Assembly: GCA_035084275.1 (NCBI GenBank)
Contig: CM068748.1
Coordinates: 11,904,001-11,968,000, forward strand
Direction: 5' to 3'
Length of the DNA: 64,000 nucleotides
Source of the DNA: Hydrolagus colliei
Taxonomy: Eukaryota
This document shows, piece after piece, positions 1 to 12,850 of the stretch. Both the position numbers and the translations under genes were made by a program. Positions within the stretch are counted from its first letter, which is position 1, and the number at the start of each line of letters is the position of its first letter. The notes beneath the pieces are model-generated. The model worked only from the letters and a program-made list of their open reading frames with translations, did not search any database and was not told the DNA's origin.

Positions 1-1814
1 TCTCTTAAGGAGTATTTGTGCTTGATTTGTAGCATCACTTGCAAAGTGAAAGGATTGTTTGATCAATAAACCCTGTTCCATGTAATCAGAATTTGAAATC
101 TAATGAAAATCATCAGCTGCAAGTTCCTGATTTAAATGTAACTACTGGCACCAAAACGATTAGCTGTCAAGAATTATTATTCAAGTCTCTTAATAGTGAA
201 AGATAGTAAAGAGCCATTTTATTTTGCAAGACAGAATTTAAGTGTTTGAAAATGATGACGGTTAAGGAAATGATCTCAGCAGCAATCTCAGCAATTTAGC
301 TGAGCCAGCTGATAATTGTGCGACTGATTTTCTTATCATTTTGTTTTGTATCAATGAGTAGACCCTAAACTCACAAGTGAATGTAAACTTTGAGCAGAGG
401 ACTTAATGTAAATAAATTATCATTAACTAGCTGTACCCATTGCAGCTACTCTTGCAACCAGAGGTTCCAATATGGAATGTAGATTCCATTGATACCATTC
501 ACAAACCGCTTAACATGCCATAAACACTGCATAGACCTTAAACAAAACTGCCATACATGTGTGATGAGCTTGTTTATGCCCATGATACTCCCACAACACA
601 AGACCTGTCCGTTGAGATATAAAATCATGTCTCCATGTCAATTGGTTGTGCATTATTAATGGACGGACACACAGACAGACATTTCGTCTTTGTCAGTATA
701 GTTAGATTAATATATTGTATACATAAGGGGAGAGGGGCTAAATCCCAGACCTAGATGAGACCCCAACTCGAGCCCCAGACTTCACCCTCCCTGACTAGTC
801 GTGAAATCTGGAAACCCCGTGGCCATACTAAGCCAACTGTCACACAGCACCAACCCAACTCCGACATGGTGCCACTCAGCCCAGGGCCACAAAAGAGTAG
901 TAAGAAAAGCAGCCAAACGGCTGTCGCCAATGCCAAAAACAAATATTCCCTTGACACTCCACCATGCAAGATCTTTCTGACGAGGTATGAATCATGTCTC
1001 TATGTTATTGAATTCTTAGTGGATACAAAGTCATTATATTTTTATTAGTATAGATAATAATACTTGTATTTGATATAACGCCTTTCAAATCAGGAGACTA
1101 TCTCAAAGCGCTTTACAGGATTTTTACTATAAAGTGTATTGACTTGTTTATTTTGTAGGAAAAGTGGAAACCAATTTACGCAGAGCAAAGTTCCACAAAC
1201 CGCTATGAAGCGAAAGATGAATTTCATCTGGGTGATTGTTGGCCGGGACAATTCATTTGTAAAATAAAGAATATAAATGTAAATTGCATGGAAACAATAA
1301 GAATGAAAAGATCTGAGTTTTAATTGTTAATTTTTGCAAAATTTCAGTAGATTAGTCTGTTTGAAACTCTTATGTCTAGCAATTTCAACCAGGCCAAATG
1401 ATTGATTTGAGCACATTAACAGTCTGGGCACAGTGGTCATTTATTGAAACTGACATGAGTTTTATTGGTGATAGATACTCTCAATCCTCTGCAATGAATG
1501 ACTTCAGTGTTAGAATATCCTCTTGTCTCCCTGTCCTATTTCCAAGAGTTACAATATTTGAAAATCCTACTGAGCCCCACTCCCATACATTTAGCTCTCT
1601 AAACTTCAGTCGTCTGTTTACCCTTTTGTAAATTGAAAAGCGTAAAGGCTGCCCACTAATTGGCAATACCCTGACATTGTTGTTGTTTTGTACCAGAGAT
1701 ACTGGTTTGACAATGGTACCCAGTGGTGTGACCAATCCTGACTTTTCACTATCCTCTACTGGTGCAAATTACTTTCCCTTGAAACCACACCTTGCATATC
1801 ACATGTATATATGA

Positions 1815-2141
<327 letters not shown>

Positions 2142-2650
2142 AGAGAGGTGGATACAGCCCCATTGCACACTTCAGATTCCAACTGTTTCATCACAATCTT
2201 CTGATAATTGTGCAAAGGACTGTATAGGGTCGTACTGACTGCTGCTCATGGGATGCTTGTGAAGGGGAGAGATGGTTTTGATTATGTATCTTAATATTGC
2301 GATTAGTGCAAGAAAATGTTTGCATGTTTGTCAATATAACCACCTTTGTAAGCTATAAACATTGCTCATTGAGTTTTGAAAGTGGATTCAACTGATTGTT
2401 TCCATTGGTGAAATGAAAAAGTTCATCATTTAGTCGTTATATTGCTCAGACACAAACACGACTCTTTAATGTAAACATCAGGAATGTATCAACCCATTTA
2501 TTTTGGGGTGTGGGATGGGTTGCACAGTCACAAAATATCTGCTCCATGAAAGTGAGTGTGATGGCAATTTATAGGGGTAACAATGAGTTCAGTGGCAATT
2601 TAATGAAGAACGTTTGTAAAGCACTGTGTCCTTTCTACTAGGTGGAAGTA

Positions 2651-3550
2651 CGGGAGACCCCGCTTACCGAACACCCGGTTAATGAAACTTCAATATAATG
2701 AGGGTTTCTATTTGTACCACTTCTCTGCTTAACAAAGGCTGCTTTCACTATAACGAATGTTTACACACACTTTAAATCTCGCGGGCTTCTCGTGCGCAGC
2801 TTCTCACGCGCAGCTTCTCTCTGGTTGCCCCAGCAACGCACACTCAGTCTTTAGCGTGCCTCAGTTAAGCAGTGCAGCCCCTCCGATATGGGAGGAGCTT
2901 AAGCGGCAGAATGCTTCGTGGCTTCAATAACAGTAATTCAAGATAAGGGTGGGGGGGGATAGAGAGGAGTGGGGGATAGAGAGATAGAGCGTAGGGTGGG
3001 ATAGAGAGGGAGGGAAGGAGGGAAATAGAGAGGGAGGGGAGGTTTGCATAGAGAGAGATGGAGGGGTGGATAGAGAGAGGGGGGGTGGAGAGAAAGAGAG
3101 GAGGAGGGGGGAGTAGAGAGAAAGAGGGGAGGAGGCGAGGGGGGGGTAGGGAGAAAGAGGGGAGGGGGGTGGGGGGGTAGAGAGAGTGAGGAGGGGGAGG
3201 AAGAAAGAAGCACGTCCCGAGTCAGGAAATGACTGGGCCCAGGTTGCGATATTTCAGTGTGGTGACTGAAGACCTGGCCTGGAGCAGGTAGGATTGGCAT
3301 TTTTATTCCTGCAATTTTTGTCACATTCCGGCTTCTGGAACTCCAGACTTTTGGCTGCTCAACCTGTACATCGAAAATGTTAGCGCTAGGAACCGCTAGG
3401 AACTAAACTGATTTTAGCGGGGAGGCTCGGGTCAGGGCGGCGTTTTGGCTGCCGCCAAATACAGTAATAGTTAAACTCCCGCTTAACGAAATTTTCGCTT
3501 AACGAAGGGTTTTAAAGTCTCTAATCCATTCGTTACATGGGGTCTACCTG
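2651..3550. mobile_element. Non-autonomous Tc1/mariner (Tigger/pogo-like) element
   Basis: TA at 2649-2650 and 3551-3552; imperfect TIRs CGGGAGACCCCGCTTACCGAA and TTCGTTACATGGGGTCTACCTG; subterminal CGCTTAACGAA repeats; internal GA-rich tract. Confidence 0.75.
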
Positions 3551-3774
3551 TACACTGATATGGAATGTTTATTTACACTTACAATCAATACACTGTGTGC
3601 AATGAGATTAGGTTTAAGGTTTGCTTATAACAACTCGCTTCACTTTGCTCACATTACTCTTATTATTAAATATGCTTTAAAATGTGGTCATACAATTCTG
3701 AATGAAAATTTCTTCCTGTTGTATCCACTTCCTCTTCAAGTTTTTGGTACTTGCCGCAGTTATCTTCCATTAAA

Positions 3775-3960
3775 AAAAGCACAATAATAAAATTGGTCAT
3801 TTCAATCCATGACCGTTTGTGGGATATTGCTGTGTGCAATTGGCTGCCACGTTCTGCCCACAAATACAGTCAATTCACTTTACAGTACATTCTGTGAAGC
3901 GCTTTGGGACGTCTAGAAGACGTGAAAAGCTCTATATCAAATGCAAGGATTATTATTATG
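3775..3960 (+). mobile_element. 5'-truncated SINE, same family (others near 5850-6010, 14540-14722, 55045-55220)
   Basis: Body and tail match. Confidence 0.8.
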
Positions 3961-5236
3961 TTTTTTATTTTAAGTTTTGCTTGAAGACAATTATGTGAAA
4001 ATATTTTGCAGTTTTTTAAGGCCATGTATTTCCTAAGGCTGAAATTGTCCCAATTTCAGTTCAGTTTAATGCTAATCACAGATTTACAAGTTTGTTTGCC
4101 ATTGTTATTTAGGAACTATCTCTAAATTCACACTGCTATTCCCAAATGTACAGGAATGGAATATCCGTGCATTTGCACTGCTGTTTGTAACATCTATACT
4201 TCTTTTCTGCTTCTCGGCCTGAATTAAAGGAAGTTGATAAGTATTAGTATGCATAGTGGAAAGTTATTAAAATTGCATTGACCGTTTAGGGGAGAAATCA
4301 CCTAACCACAAATGAGGAATACAAACAGAACTCACAAAGTGAAGGGAATTGAAATCATCCAAGCAAAATTCAGTGGTCAAGTTTGGAGTTGAGAACTTTT
4401 GAGATTGTCTTTTTTGAACTCGTGAATGTGCCGCTAGAAAGTCAAATCTCAAAAAAGTGGGGGGAAAAATGTACTGTATCTATAATTATCGTATTTTACC
4501 CTCTATATATTATCACTTCATCTGCCATAATTTTTAAAACGTTTTGGTCACATGCTAATTCTGTGAAATTTGCGTAATTTCCATAGTACTGAACTTTATG
4601 TTCCATATGTTTTAACATTTCATTTAAATATCGTTTAAAGTATTTAAGTATTTTCTGACACTTGGATACTGAATACTATGAGATTGACATCTGACAAGAG
4701 AACATCACGCACATTCTGGCATTTAAACTTTTCAGTCAAGAATCCTTGATATGGTGGTATAGACTCAGAATTTTCACAGACACTCCAAGGTAGCAATGAG
4801 AGTGCTCAGTCCAATAAGACACTAAACCCAGGTTTCTTCCGTTTGTTCTGGCGGTTCACGTGGTCATTTAAGAACCCAAAGAGGATTGAGTTCCCCTGAT
4901 GATCTCACTAATATTCCTCCCTCCTGATATTATGAAAATCAATACAATGTTTTGGTCATTTCATTATGTTTATGGGATGTTGCTAATTCAGTTCTAATGT
5001 TTGCTTCCACAGCAAGCAGCTGCACTTAACTCATTGTGTGAAAGCTATGAGATGTTTTGACATGAAGTGCTATATCAAATGCAAATATTTATTTGTTACA
5101 AAGAATTAGCCTATTTGGTTAGTAATTCATACGAGAAAAAACAAATATAGTTAGTTCTGCTGAAGTAAATTATATCTGTTTTGTTCTCCAAAATCCTATG
5201 TTGACAAATTGGTCGTGGATTTGTGGACCACCCAAT

Positions 5237-5254
5237 GCAGCACTAGGGGGCTCC
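5237..5254 (+). promoter_or_regulatory. Candidate CTCF site
   Basis: GCAGCACTAGGGGGCTCC closely resembles the CTCF core CCAC(C/T)AGGGGGCGC; motif evidence only. Confidence 0.35.
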
Positions 5255-6302
5255 AGGATCCATAAATGTTGAAATGTGGAAAGCTTTGTTGGTGAATGCA
5301 TGATAGTATTAAACCTTTACTAGAATCTACAACACTGAAATGGGACATTCAGGCTAACTAGTCCATGCTGGTGTTTGTACACCACATTTTTTGTTGTAAT
5401 GAAGAAGAAAATTCAGTAATGAAGGCTGATTGTAAATATTTCATGCTTATTTTCTATTAAATTTTGAGTGCTGAACTTTCTTAATGAACAGAACATCTTA
5501 AAATCCCTCCACAGTCTTGCTATATCCTACAGCTGCAAATCTCCTTCAACCCTATTGAACAACCACTCGGTGAACACTGACCTACCTTGTGTAACCTCCC
5601 CTATTTGCCCACCATTGACAGGCCAGCTTTCAGTAATTCTGTCCCCATTCTCTCAAATTCTATCCCAGAAACCTTCTGACTCCCTCGCCTCTTTCAAGTC
5701 ATGTCTCAAAACACCCCTTTGACCACACTTTCAGTCAGCTTTGCCTTCGCTTGGCCATCACCACCAGCTTGGGTGCATATCCAGCGCTTTTCGAATGCCC
5801 TTCAGATGTGAAAGGTGCTAATATAAATGTAAATTGTGAAGTTAATAATAAATTGGTAATTTCAAACCAGACTGTTTGTGTGACACTACTGTGTGCAATT
5901 GGCTGCCACGTTTCAACCACATATATAGTCTATTCACTTTACAGTATATTCTTTGAAGTATATTTAGATGACGTGAAAAGTGCTATATCAAATGCAAGTA
6001 TTACTACTTTTATTAAATTGTGTATATATAATGCTAAATATTATCAGGTAGCATTTGTGAAATGTGCCGGGTTTAATCATTAAGAGTAAGAATTAGGCAC
6101 ACGATAATCAAAAGAAACTTTAAACTGCTGGGCTTTTTCTAGATGGAACACCAGATGTAGGTACTGTATAGACCACTGTAGCCTATAAAAAGGAATAATA
6201 ATTATAATGTACAGCACTTGCTGTTTTAAAATGTTTTGGGACTCCTGAGTATAGTTCAGCACTTCATTCAAATAAAAAGATCAGTGAGGTACATACCTCT
6301 TT

Positions 6303-6611
6303 TAATAATAAATAATAATAATCCTTGCATTTGATATAGCACTTTTTCATGTCTTCTAGGCGTCTCAAAGCGCTTCACAGAATATACTGTAAAGTGAATT
6401 GACTGTATATTTGTGGGCAAAACGCGGCAGCCAATTGCACACAGCAGTGTCCCACAAATAGTTGTGGATTGAAATGACCAATTTTTTTTTTTTAGGGATT
6501 ATTATTAGGCATGTGGAGTAAGGAAACTTGCCCAAGGTTTCGCCATGCCTGGAATTGAACCCATGTCTCATTTGTAAGGTGGGTTCTCTAACGACTGAGC
6601 TACAGGACTCC
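6303..6611 (-). mobile_element. Full-length SINE, same family
   Basis: Reverse complement carries A/B boxes, body and (TTA)n tail. Confidence 0.88.
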
Positions 6612-9334
6612 ACCTTAGTATACTTATATAATAAAATAAAATTCTGCATATATTATTCTCAGCAGGTGGTAAGCCAGATTTCTTCTCATCCCAATCAGAA
6701 TGACAGAGCAGGAGTAATTCTACAATTGTTGAATTTTCACCTAGTTATGTGCTAAAAAGGGGTGTAAAATATTGCAAATTCATTAGCACAGTATTCTTTA
6801 TTACAGTCGATGCGCAGACACCATGAGAATGGCTTTGATCATTATTGGATCCTGCAAAAATTGGCATTTGTAAAAGTAAGACATTTTACTAATCCAAAAG
6901 ATAATTATTGAGCAACCAGGCCCAGCTGAATAAACAACCATTTGTGACACATGCGCTAAACACAGAGCCCCTCCCTGAAGAGATTTTTCTCACATTTCCC
7001 CCAATATCATTGAGGTAAGGTAGATCCTGACACAAACAACAAATTGTATTGATGTAGCATTTTTGTTGTTTGGAGGAAATCCCAATGTGCTGGATAATCA
7101 AGGGTTTGCACTGGAGATGAGCTCTGTGTGAAGGGGGTGAGAGGCACACACATAAATGACTGAATTTGTTCTACAGAAGTTGATCACGTGTTAGGATGGG
7201 CTGAATTCAAACATTATACTGAATACTGTACAGTAGTGTGAAAGCAATCCAGTATTTTTATTGCAGCCATTAATGATGTAGTAAAGTTTGGTTCCCGCTG
7301 TGAAGAAATGTAAAGGGGAAGAATCAATTACTGAGACAAACTCATATTTTAACAAAGGAAAATGTCTTATAGAATCTACTGATCTAGTTCCTGGTTTGCT
7401 CCAATGGTGAATACATTTTGTTTTATTATTTCTACAAGTAACTAATTCGTGAACAATCCTGCCAATTCTTCACCATGCCCTGGTACATCAGCCACCTCTG
7501 CTCCCTCTCAAGTCACAGACACCTGCTCAAATCTAATTTAATGGTTCATTGGCAGATCTGATAACTACACTCTGTCCTTGCCTCTGCTAAATTATCTTTC
7601 AATTCCAATATCAAAATTTAAGATCTTACCTTGTGTTACTGATTTATCATCCACTTGAGGCTATTATGCAAAATTCAGCAAATTGAGTGTAGAAGTGGTT
7701 CCAGATTATTTTTTGAGCAATGCTTTTTGCCGCTAATATGAGCATTTTTGTGGGGTGAAGAGAAGGGGTTCTGGTGGTTCCTGCATCTGGTCCAATAATT
7801 ACTCAAGCTAATATAGGAAATCTTTTAAGGGCTGAAGTAAAATTAGTAAATATTTATTTTTAAATACACCATGAGTTTATTACCACTCAGATAAAATGTT
7901 CAATTACTCCAGAATATAATCTTATATTAAAGCGCCATTTTCTAATATTTTCTGTTGCTTTGAATATTTGTTGTTGCTTTCTGAGCTATTGCACGAGATT
8001 AGACATTGGTGTGCCATCAGTAACGTTCTGGTTAATGGAACTCAAGTGCTTCTCTTAATGAAAGGGATGAATTCAGCCAATGACTCACTTTATGTTGCAC
8101 TCAGAGCAGCATTGGCAGAGGCATGTATAATGATCGCCCATCTTCTCCCTTGGTTTCAAAAAAGGTAATAGTTGGTCGTGGGGGAGAGAGCAGTGAGAAT
8201 TTTGAAAGCAAATTTTGAAAGGAATGTTATATTGATCTGATACACAATACAAAATTCTTCAGTGAATTCCTTTGTTTCATTATTTCAAGTGGGAGTTGGT
8301 TACTGAACCATCCCTAGCTACTGTTACATTAGCTCCCAGCTGCTAATTCAAAACAGTGGTGACAGATGTAGAGGAACAGGTGACATGCTTTGCTTCTTCA
8401 AATAGTAACTAGACCGTGACTTGGGTTGATCTGAAGAGGGATAGAAATAAACTGCTAGCAACTTAAATTTTAATTCCTCGAGCTCCTCAATCATCAAGTG
8501 ATTTCGCAAGGATATTACTCTGCCTTACTTTTAAAGTTAAAGCAAACTTTTAAAGGAAAATTATCTATCTATTCAAATGGCTCAGGTGGCAGCAATCTCA
8601 TTTTAGTTGAAAAGATTGTAGGTTCTAAGGGATGTTTTATTGTTGGAGGCAACAACAACAAAAGTGCATTTGTATAGCGCCTTTCTTTACGAGAGGATAT
8701 CCCACGGTGTTGGATACCAGTGTTTCTGTCTTGGGCAGGGGCTTGGGATCGGGGAGGGTGGAGGGCAGGATGGGAAGGATGGTGATCAAAGGCAAAATGG
8801 AAGAGGAGGGTCTTGAGAAGGTGGAATTGACATCCTTCAGATCAAACAAGCTTCTGTTTACCAGTTCTGGGTCACATGGACAATCCTGTGCTATTAACTC
8901 AAACAAAAGAGTATTCCTCCTTTCAGTCTTATACATTTTAATTAGTCTTTCAATCTTATCAAAATAAATTTAATCGGTCATTCATAGCATTGCTATTTGT
9001 GGGTGATTGGGATAAAGATTAACGACCATGTTTGCCCAGTACAGAAAAGATACTGTGTTTGCCTGTAGCCACCACACTCCAAAGTAATTTGTTGAAAGCA
9101 CTTAGAGATGTTTCAACTTCTTTTGAGTTGAACTAATCCAGTGCAAATACAGAATTTGTCTTTATTATGTAAATTGCAAGTATACAACTACATATGTGGG
9201 TGGCAGCAGCACTATAAATAATAGATTGTTCACAAATGAAATAGCCGGCTCAATGGTTATTAAAACAGTACAACTAATTCAAGTCATGCCATCAAACAGA
9301 AGCACTGACTGGAAGTCAGGCTCTTCATACAGAG

Positions 9335-9545
9335 ACAGAAGTTGCTGGGAAAACTCAGCAGGTCAGGCAGCATCCATGGAGAAAGGAAAATGAGTCAACG
9401 TTTTGGGTCCACGGAGTTCTGATGAAGGGTCGTGGACCTGAAATGTTGACTCACTTTCCTTTCTCCATGGATGCTGCCTGACCTGCTGAGTTTTCTCAGC
9501 AACTTCTGTTTTTGTTTCAGATTTCCAGCATCTGTAGTATTTGGT
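9335..9545 (+). mobile_element. Penelope-like element remnant: foldback with minimal hammerhead ribozyme core
   Basis: 79-bp inverted arms 9335-9413 and 9431-9509; CTGATGA at 9419, stem II GGTC/GACC, GAAA at 9440. Confidence 0.7.
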
Positions 9546-10647
9546 GTTTTCTTCATACAGAGGTAGGGGACATACAAAAAAAGAAAGTCAGCCTGAGATT
9601 CTCATTTGCTCATGGTTCATAATGAGTAGCTTGATAGCAACATCAGACAGAGCTGGAGACCACATAACATTCTGGTGTGTATTGTGAGCAAAGCAGAAAA
9701 TAAAATTAGAAATGCATTTCAAGGAGGACATAGACTAATCAAAACTGAGTGTAAACCCTGTGAAGGAGGAATGATTTCATTCATGATTTCATGCCAGATG
9801 TTTCTTCTATTCTTGCACAATGAATACTATTACTATTCTTAAACAAAATAAATACAGTATTTCCAAAGAAATTAAGTGGAATTTTTGGGGGGTCAGCCAT
9901 GTGTCTTGAAACATGCAAAAAACCCATGCTTAAGGATATCCAAGATGGGAGATTTTAATGCATCCCACCTAAACGTGGAAATTCCAAAGGTAAATTGTTG
10001 GAATTGAATGCGCACTCTCGCCCTGGAGGGACACATCCTGCTTACCTAATGACCTAAAATGTCAATGCTAATATGAATAAAGTGCAAAGCCGTGATGTTG
10101 ACCAAAGTGAGAGTCTGCCATCTACTGTCTGAGCACAAGACTTGCCTGTGGAATGAACGACTGCAGTTCCATTGAGGTCAGCATCTCATTAACCTCATCT
10201 GCAGGAATGCAGCAAATGCAGAAACACGAAAACCTCTTTGTAGGCAGGATAGGTACTGGAATTATAACTGAACAACATTGGAAAATTGATCAGGCAGCTG
10301 TAAATTAAGACTAACTTTCACAGAACATTGTAAGGAATTACTTCAATGTTTCAAACATAGTTACTTCAGAAGAAATGTGAATAGTGGACTGAATAGGAAA
10401 TGATCAGATGGCGAATCGTGAATTTGAATTGTGAATTTAAATGACTTCTGTCTTAGTAGTATCTTAGAAACTTTCTTCGTGAACACTTAACACACTAAAG
10501 AGAAGTTCTTTGTTAATTCACTTTCAAAATGTTGAGAAGGTTGTAGAAAGTTGGCATCATAAGTTCAGACAGGATATTTGCTCTGAATAAGAGGCTGCTT
10601 TGTATTTATGTGTGTGATTTCCCACATGGCAGTGTTCCCAGTTTCTG

Positions 10648-10895
10648 TGAATGGCTGAACGCTTTTCCACAAGTGGAGAATAAGTCACATAGTAGTTTTA
10701 GCATAAGCCAGCAAAAACAAACGAGAAAAATACTATATTTGGTAACTGTAAAATACAGAAAACAATTGTATTCTGTACTGAACAGTGCTATAAATTATGG
10801 AAATTGGGTAAGTGAGAAAAATGGAAGGCGATGGAAATATAGAAATGAAAAATGAATTATGGTGTAGCACTTGTGGAAAAGCGTTCAGCCATTCA
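10648..10895. repeat. Perfect 28-bp inverted repeat pair enclosing an AT-rich spacer
   Basis: TGAATGGCTGAACGCTTTTCCACAAGTG at 10648-10675 and its exact reverse complement at 10868-10895. Confidence 0.9.
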
Positions 10896-12584
10896 AGTAC
10901 GTTTTTCGTTTTATGGGGGGGGGGGGGGGGAGAGAGAGAGAGAGAGAGAGAGAGACCCATTTTAGCTGCAATTTTATGTTTACCTAATATATATATATAT
11001 ATAGACTATTCATAGCTCTTGCAATATATATTATTGTTGGCATGATTTTATCAATTGGTAAAAAAAATTGCTTTTGAATTTACTGCTGGACCAAATTGCT
11101 TTTTGGCCTTCAAAGTGTCTGATTCGCAAGAACATCACAACAGAGAAATTTTCTTACACATAGGATTTAGTCTTAAAAGAAAGAAAATATGTGCCATTTT
11201 GTCATTTTTTAGGCTCGAATGGCAGCAGTCGATACTTTATCATATTTTCAGTACCATCTCATTCCAATTCTCAATCATTTATAGTACTGCTGCCACCCAG
11301 TGCATGCTCAGTGCACCATTTATTCTGCAGTACATTTTCCTGGGGAATTCAGTGTGTTCCCTTTCTCTGTAGCCACTTTATCCTAGGGTCTTGAATGCCT
11401 GCCACAGTGTGATTCTTTACCAACAAATTCAATTGTCTGTCAAATATGTCTGTCACTTTTTACACGTTGTCGAAAGCAATTCAGCACTTTAATCACATCT
11501 CCTATGGTGAATTGTTTGTTGCCAATCAGGGAACATTGTATTTGAAGAGTTAAATGGAGCTGGAATTCAATTACGTGAGATACGATTCTTTCTGAGTGTG
11601 TCACTGCTGAAGATGCTATTTGGAGGCTTGATTTATGGGCTTTTTATAGTCAGAGATTAATTTGTTGTCTTGTAGAATAACTATCAAAGTACCAAGCTGA
11701 TAAACTCTGTTTTCTGTGAAATAAAGCAATGGCTTTGCCTGAAGTGATAAAGATCTTTGGGGAACATGCCTCATTATTCATTTCAATTACAACTCAAAGA
11801 AATTAGAAGTTGTGTGGATCCCTTTTGAAATTGTTTTCTAAATTCTCAGGGAGGAATTGATTTGAGATTTGATAATAAAGGTGCGATGGGCCTACATAGA
11901 TAAAAGTTACTGGTGGAATTATCATTATCTTAACTGTTAAACGATTTGCCAGAGAAGAATAATTTGATTAGCTCTTGTGTCACCTTTTCAGGTCTGGCTC
12001 AGGTTTGCAGTGTTTGATCCGATTTTGTTAGGTATTGTATTGCATGCAAGTGACCGAAGGGAGGTTTACTGAATTTAAAAGAGGCTTTATCAGCTGCATT
12101 GAACACCTCGTACCATTAAATCTCAATCAGTGAACCTGAAAATTATCACTTAATTGATCTATAGCACTATTGATCTCTTTTGCTGAAAATCTACATACAG
12201 TAATTTAAGTGGAATCTGTCTCATTGTCAAAGCGTAAAATCTCTCTAAATTGGAATTTCCTGTGCAGTGATTATGTGCACTTGAATTGAATAAGGAGATT
12301 GGTAAGATTCTGGAGCTAGTACAATAATAATCCTTGCACTTGACATAACGCTTTTCACATCTTCTTGACGTCTCAAAGTACTTCAGAGTACAGTATAGAA
12401 GGACAAAGGGTGCTGACACAGTTGCATCATCCATTTGAGAAACACACTACAGAGTGACATAATATGAGGCTGGATCCACAGTTCCAAGCATGACTGAGAG
12501 AGATATCCTTCATGTTTCAGCCCACCCGGGCTAATTCCTTCGGATTCTAGGTAATCAGTGGGGCAAGGGGCGGGGGTAGTAAAA

Positions 12585-12850
12585 AGGGAAAAACTGTTTC
12601 CTATGGTGGGTGGGTTGGTAACCAGAGGACACAGATTTAAGATAATTGTCAAAAGAACCAGAGGGGAGGCAAGAAGATTTTTTTTACCCAGAGAGTGGTT
12701 ACAATCTGGAATGTACTGTCTGAAAGGGTGGTAGAAGCACATTCAATGGCAGCTTTCAAAAGGGATTGGGTATGTACTTTGCAGTAATTAAATTTGGCAC
12801 AGATATGATAGGCCAAATGATACCCATTCTCTTCTGTGCAAAAACATTGC
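12585..12850 (+). mobile_element. CR1 LINE 3' fragment (antisense pieces at ~44960-45185 and ~54737-54970)
   Basis: TRGHRFK...FFTQRVVTIWNVL..RVVEA.S...FK motif typical of the CR1 ORF2 end. Confidence 0.75.

Noticed and set aside
2938-3324. 128-aa Pro/Leu/Ser-rich ORF
   Set aside because: Low-complexity GA tract inside a MITE.
9335-9509. Possible microRNA precursor
   Set aside because: The arm recurs at 33.1 kb and 13.6 kb, so it is better explained as a Penelope-type repeat.
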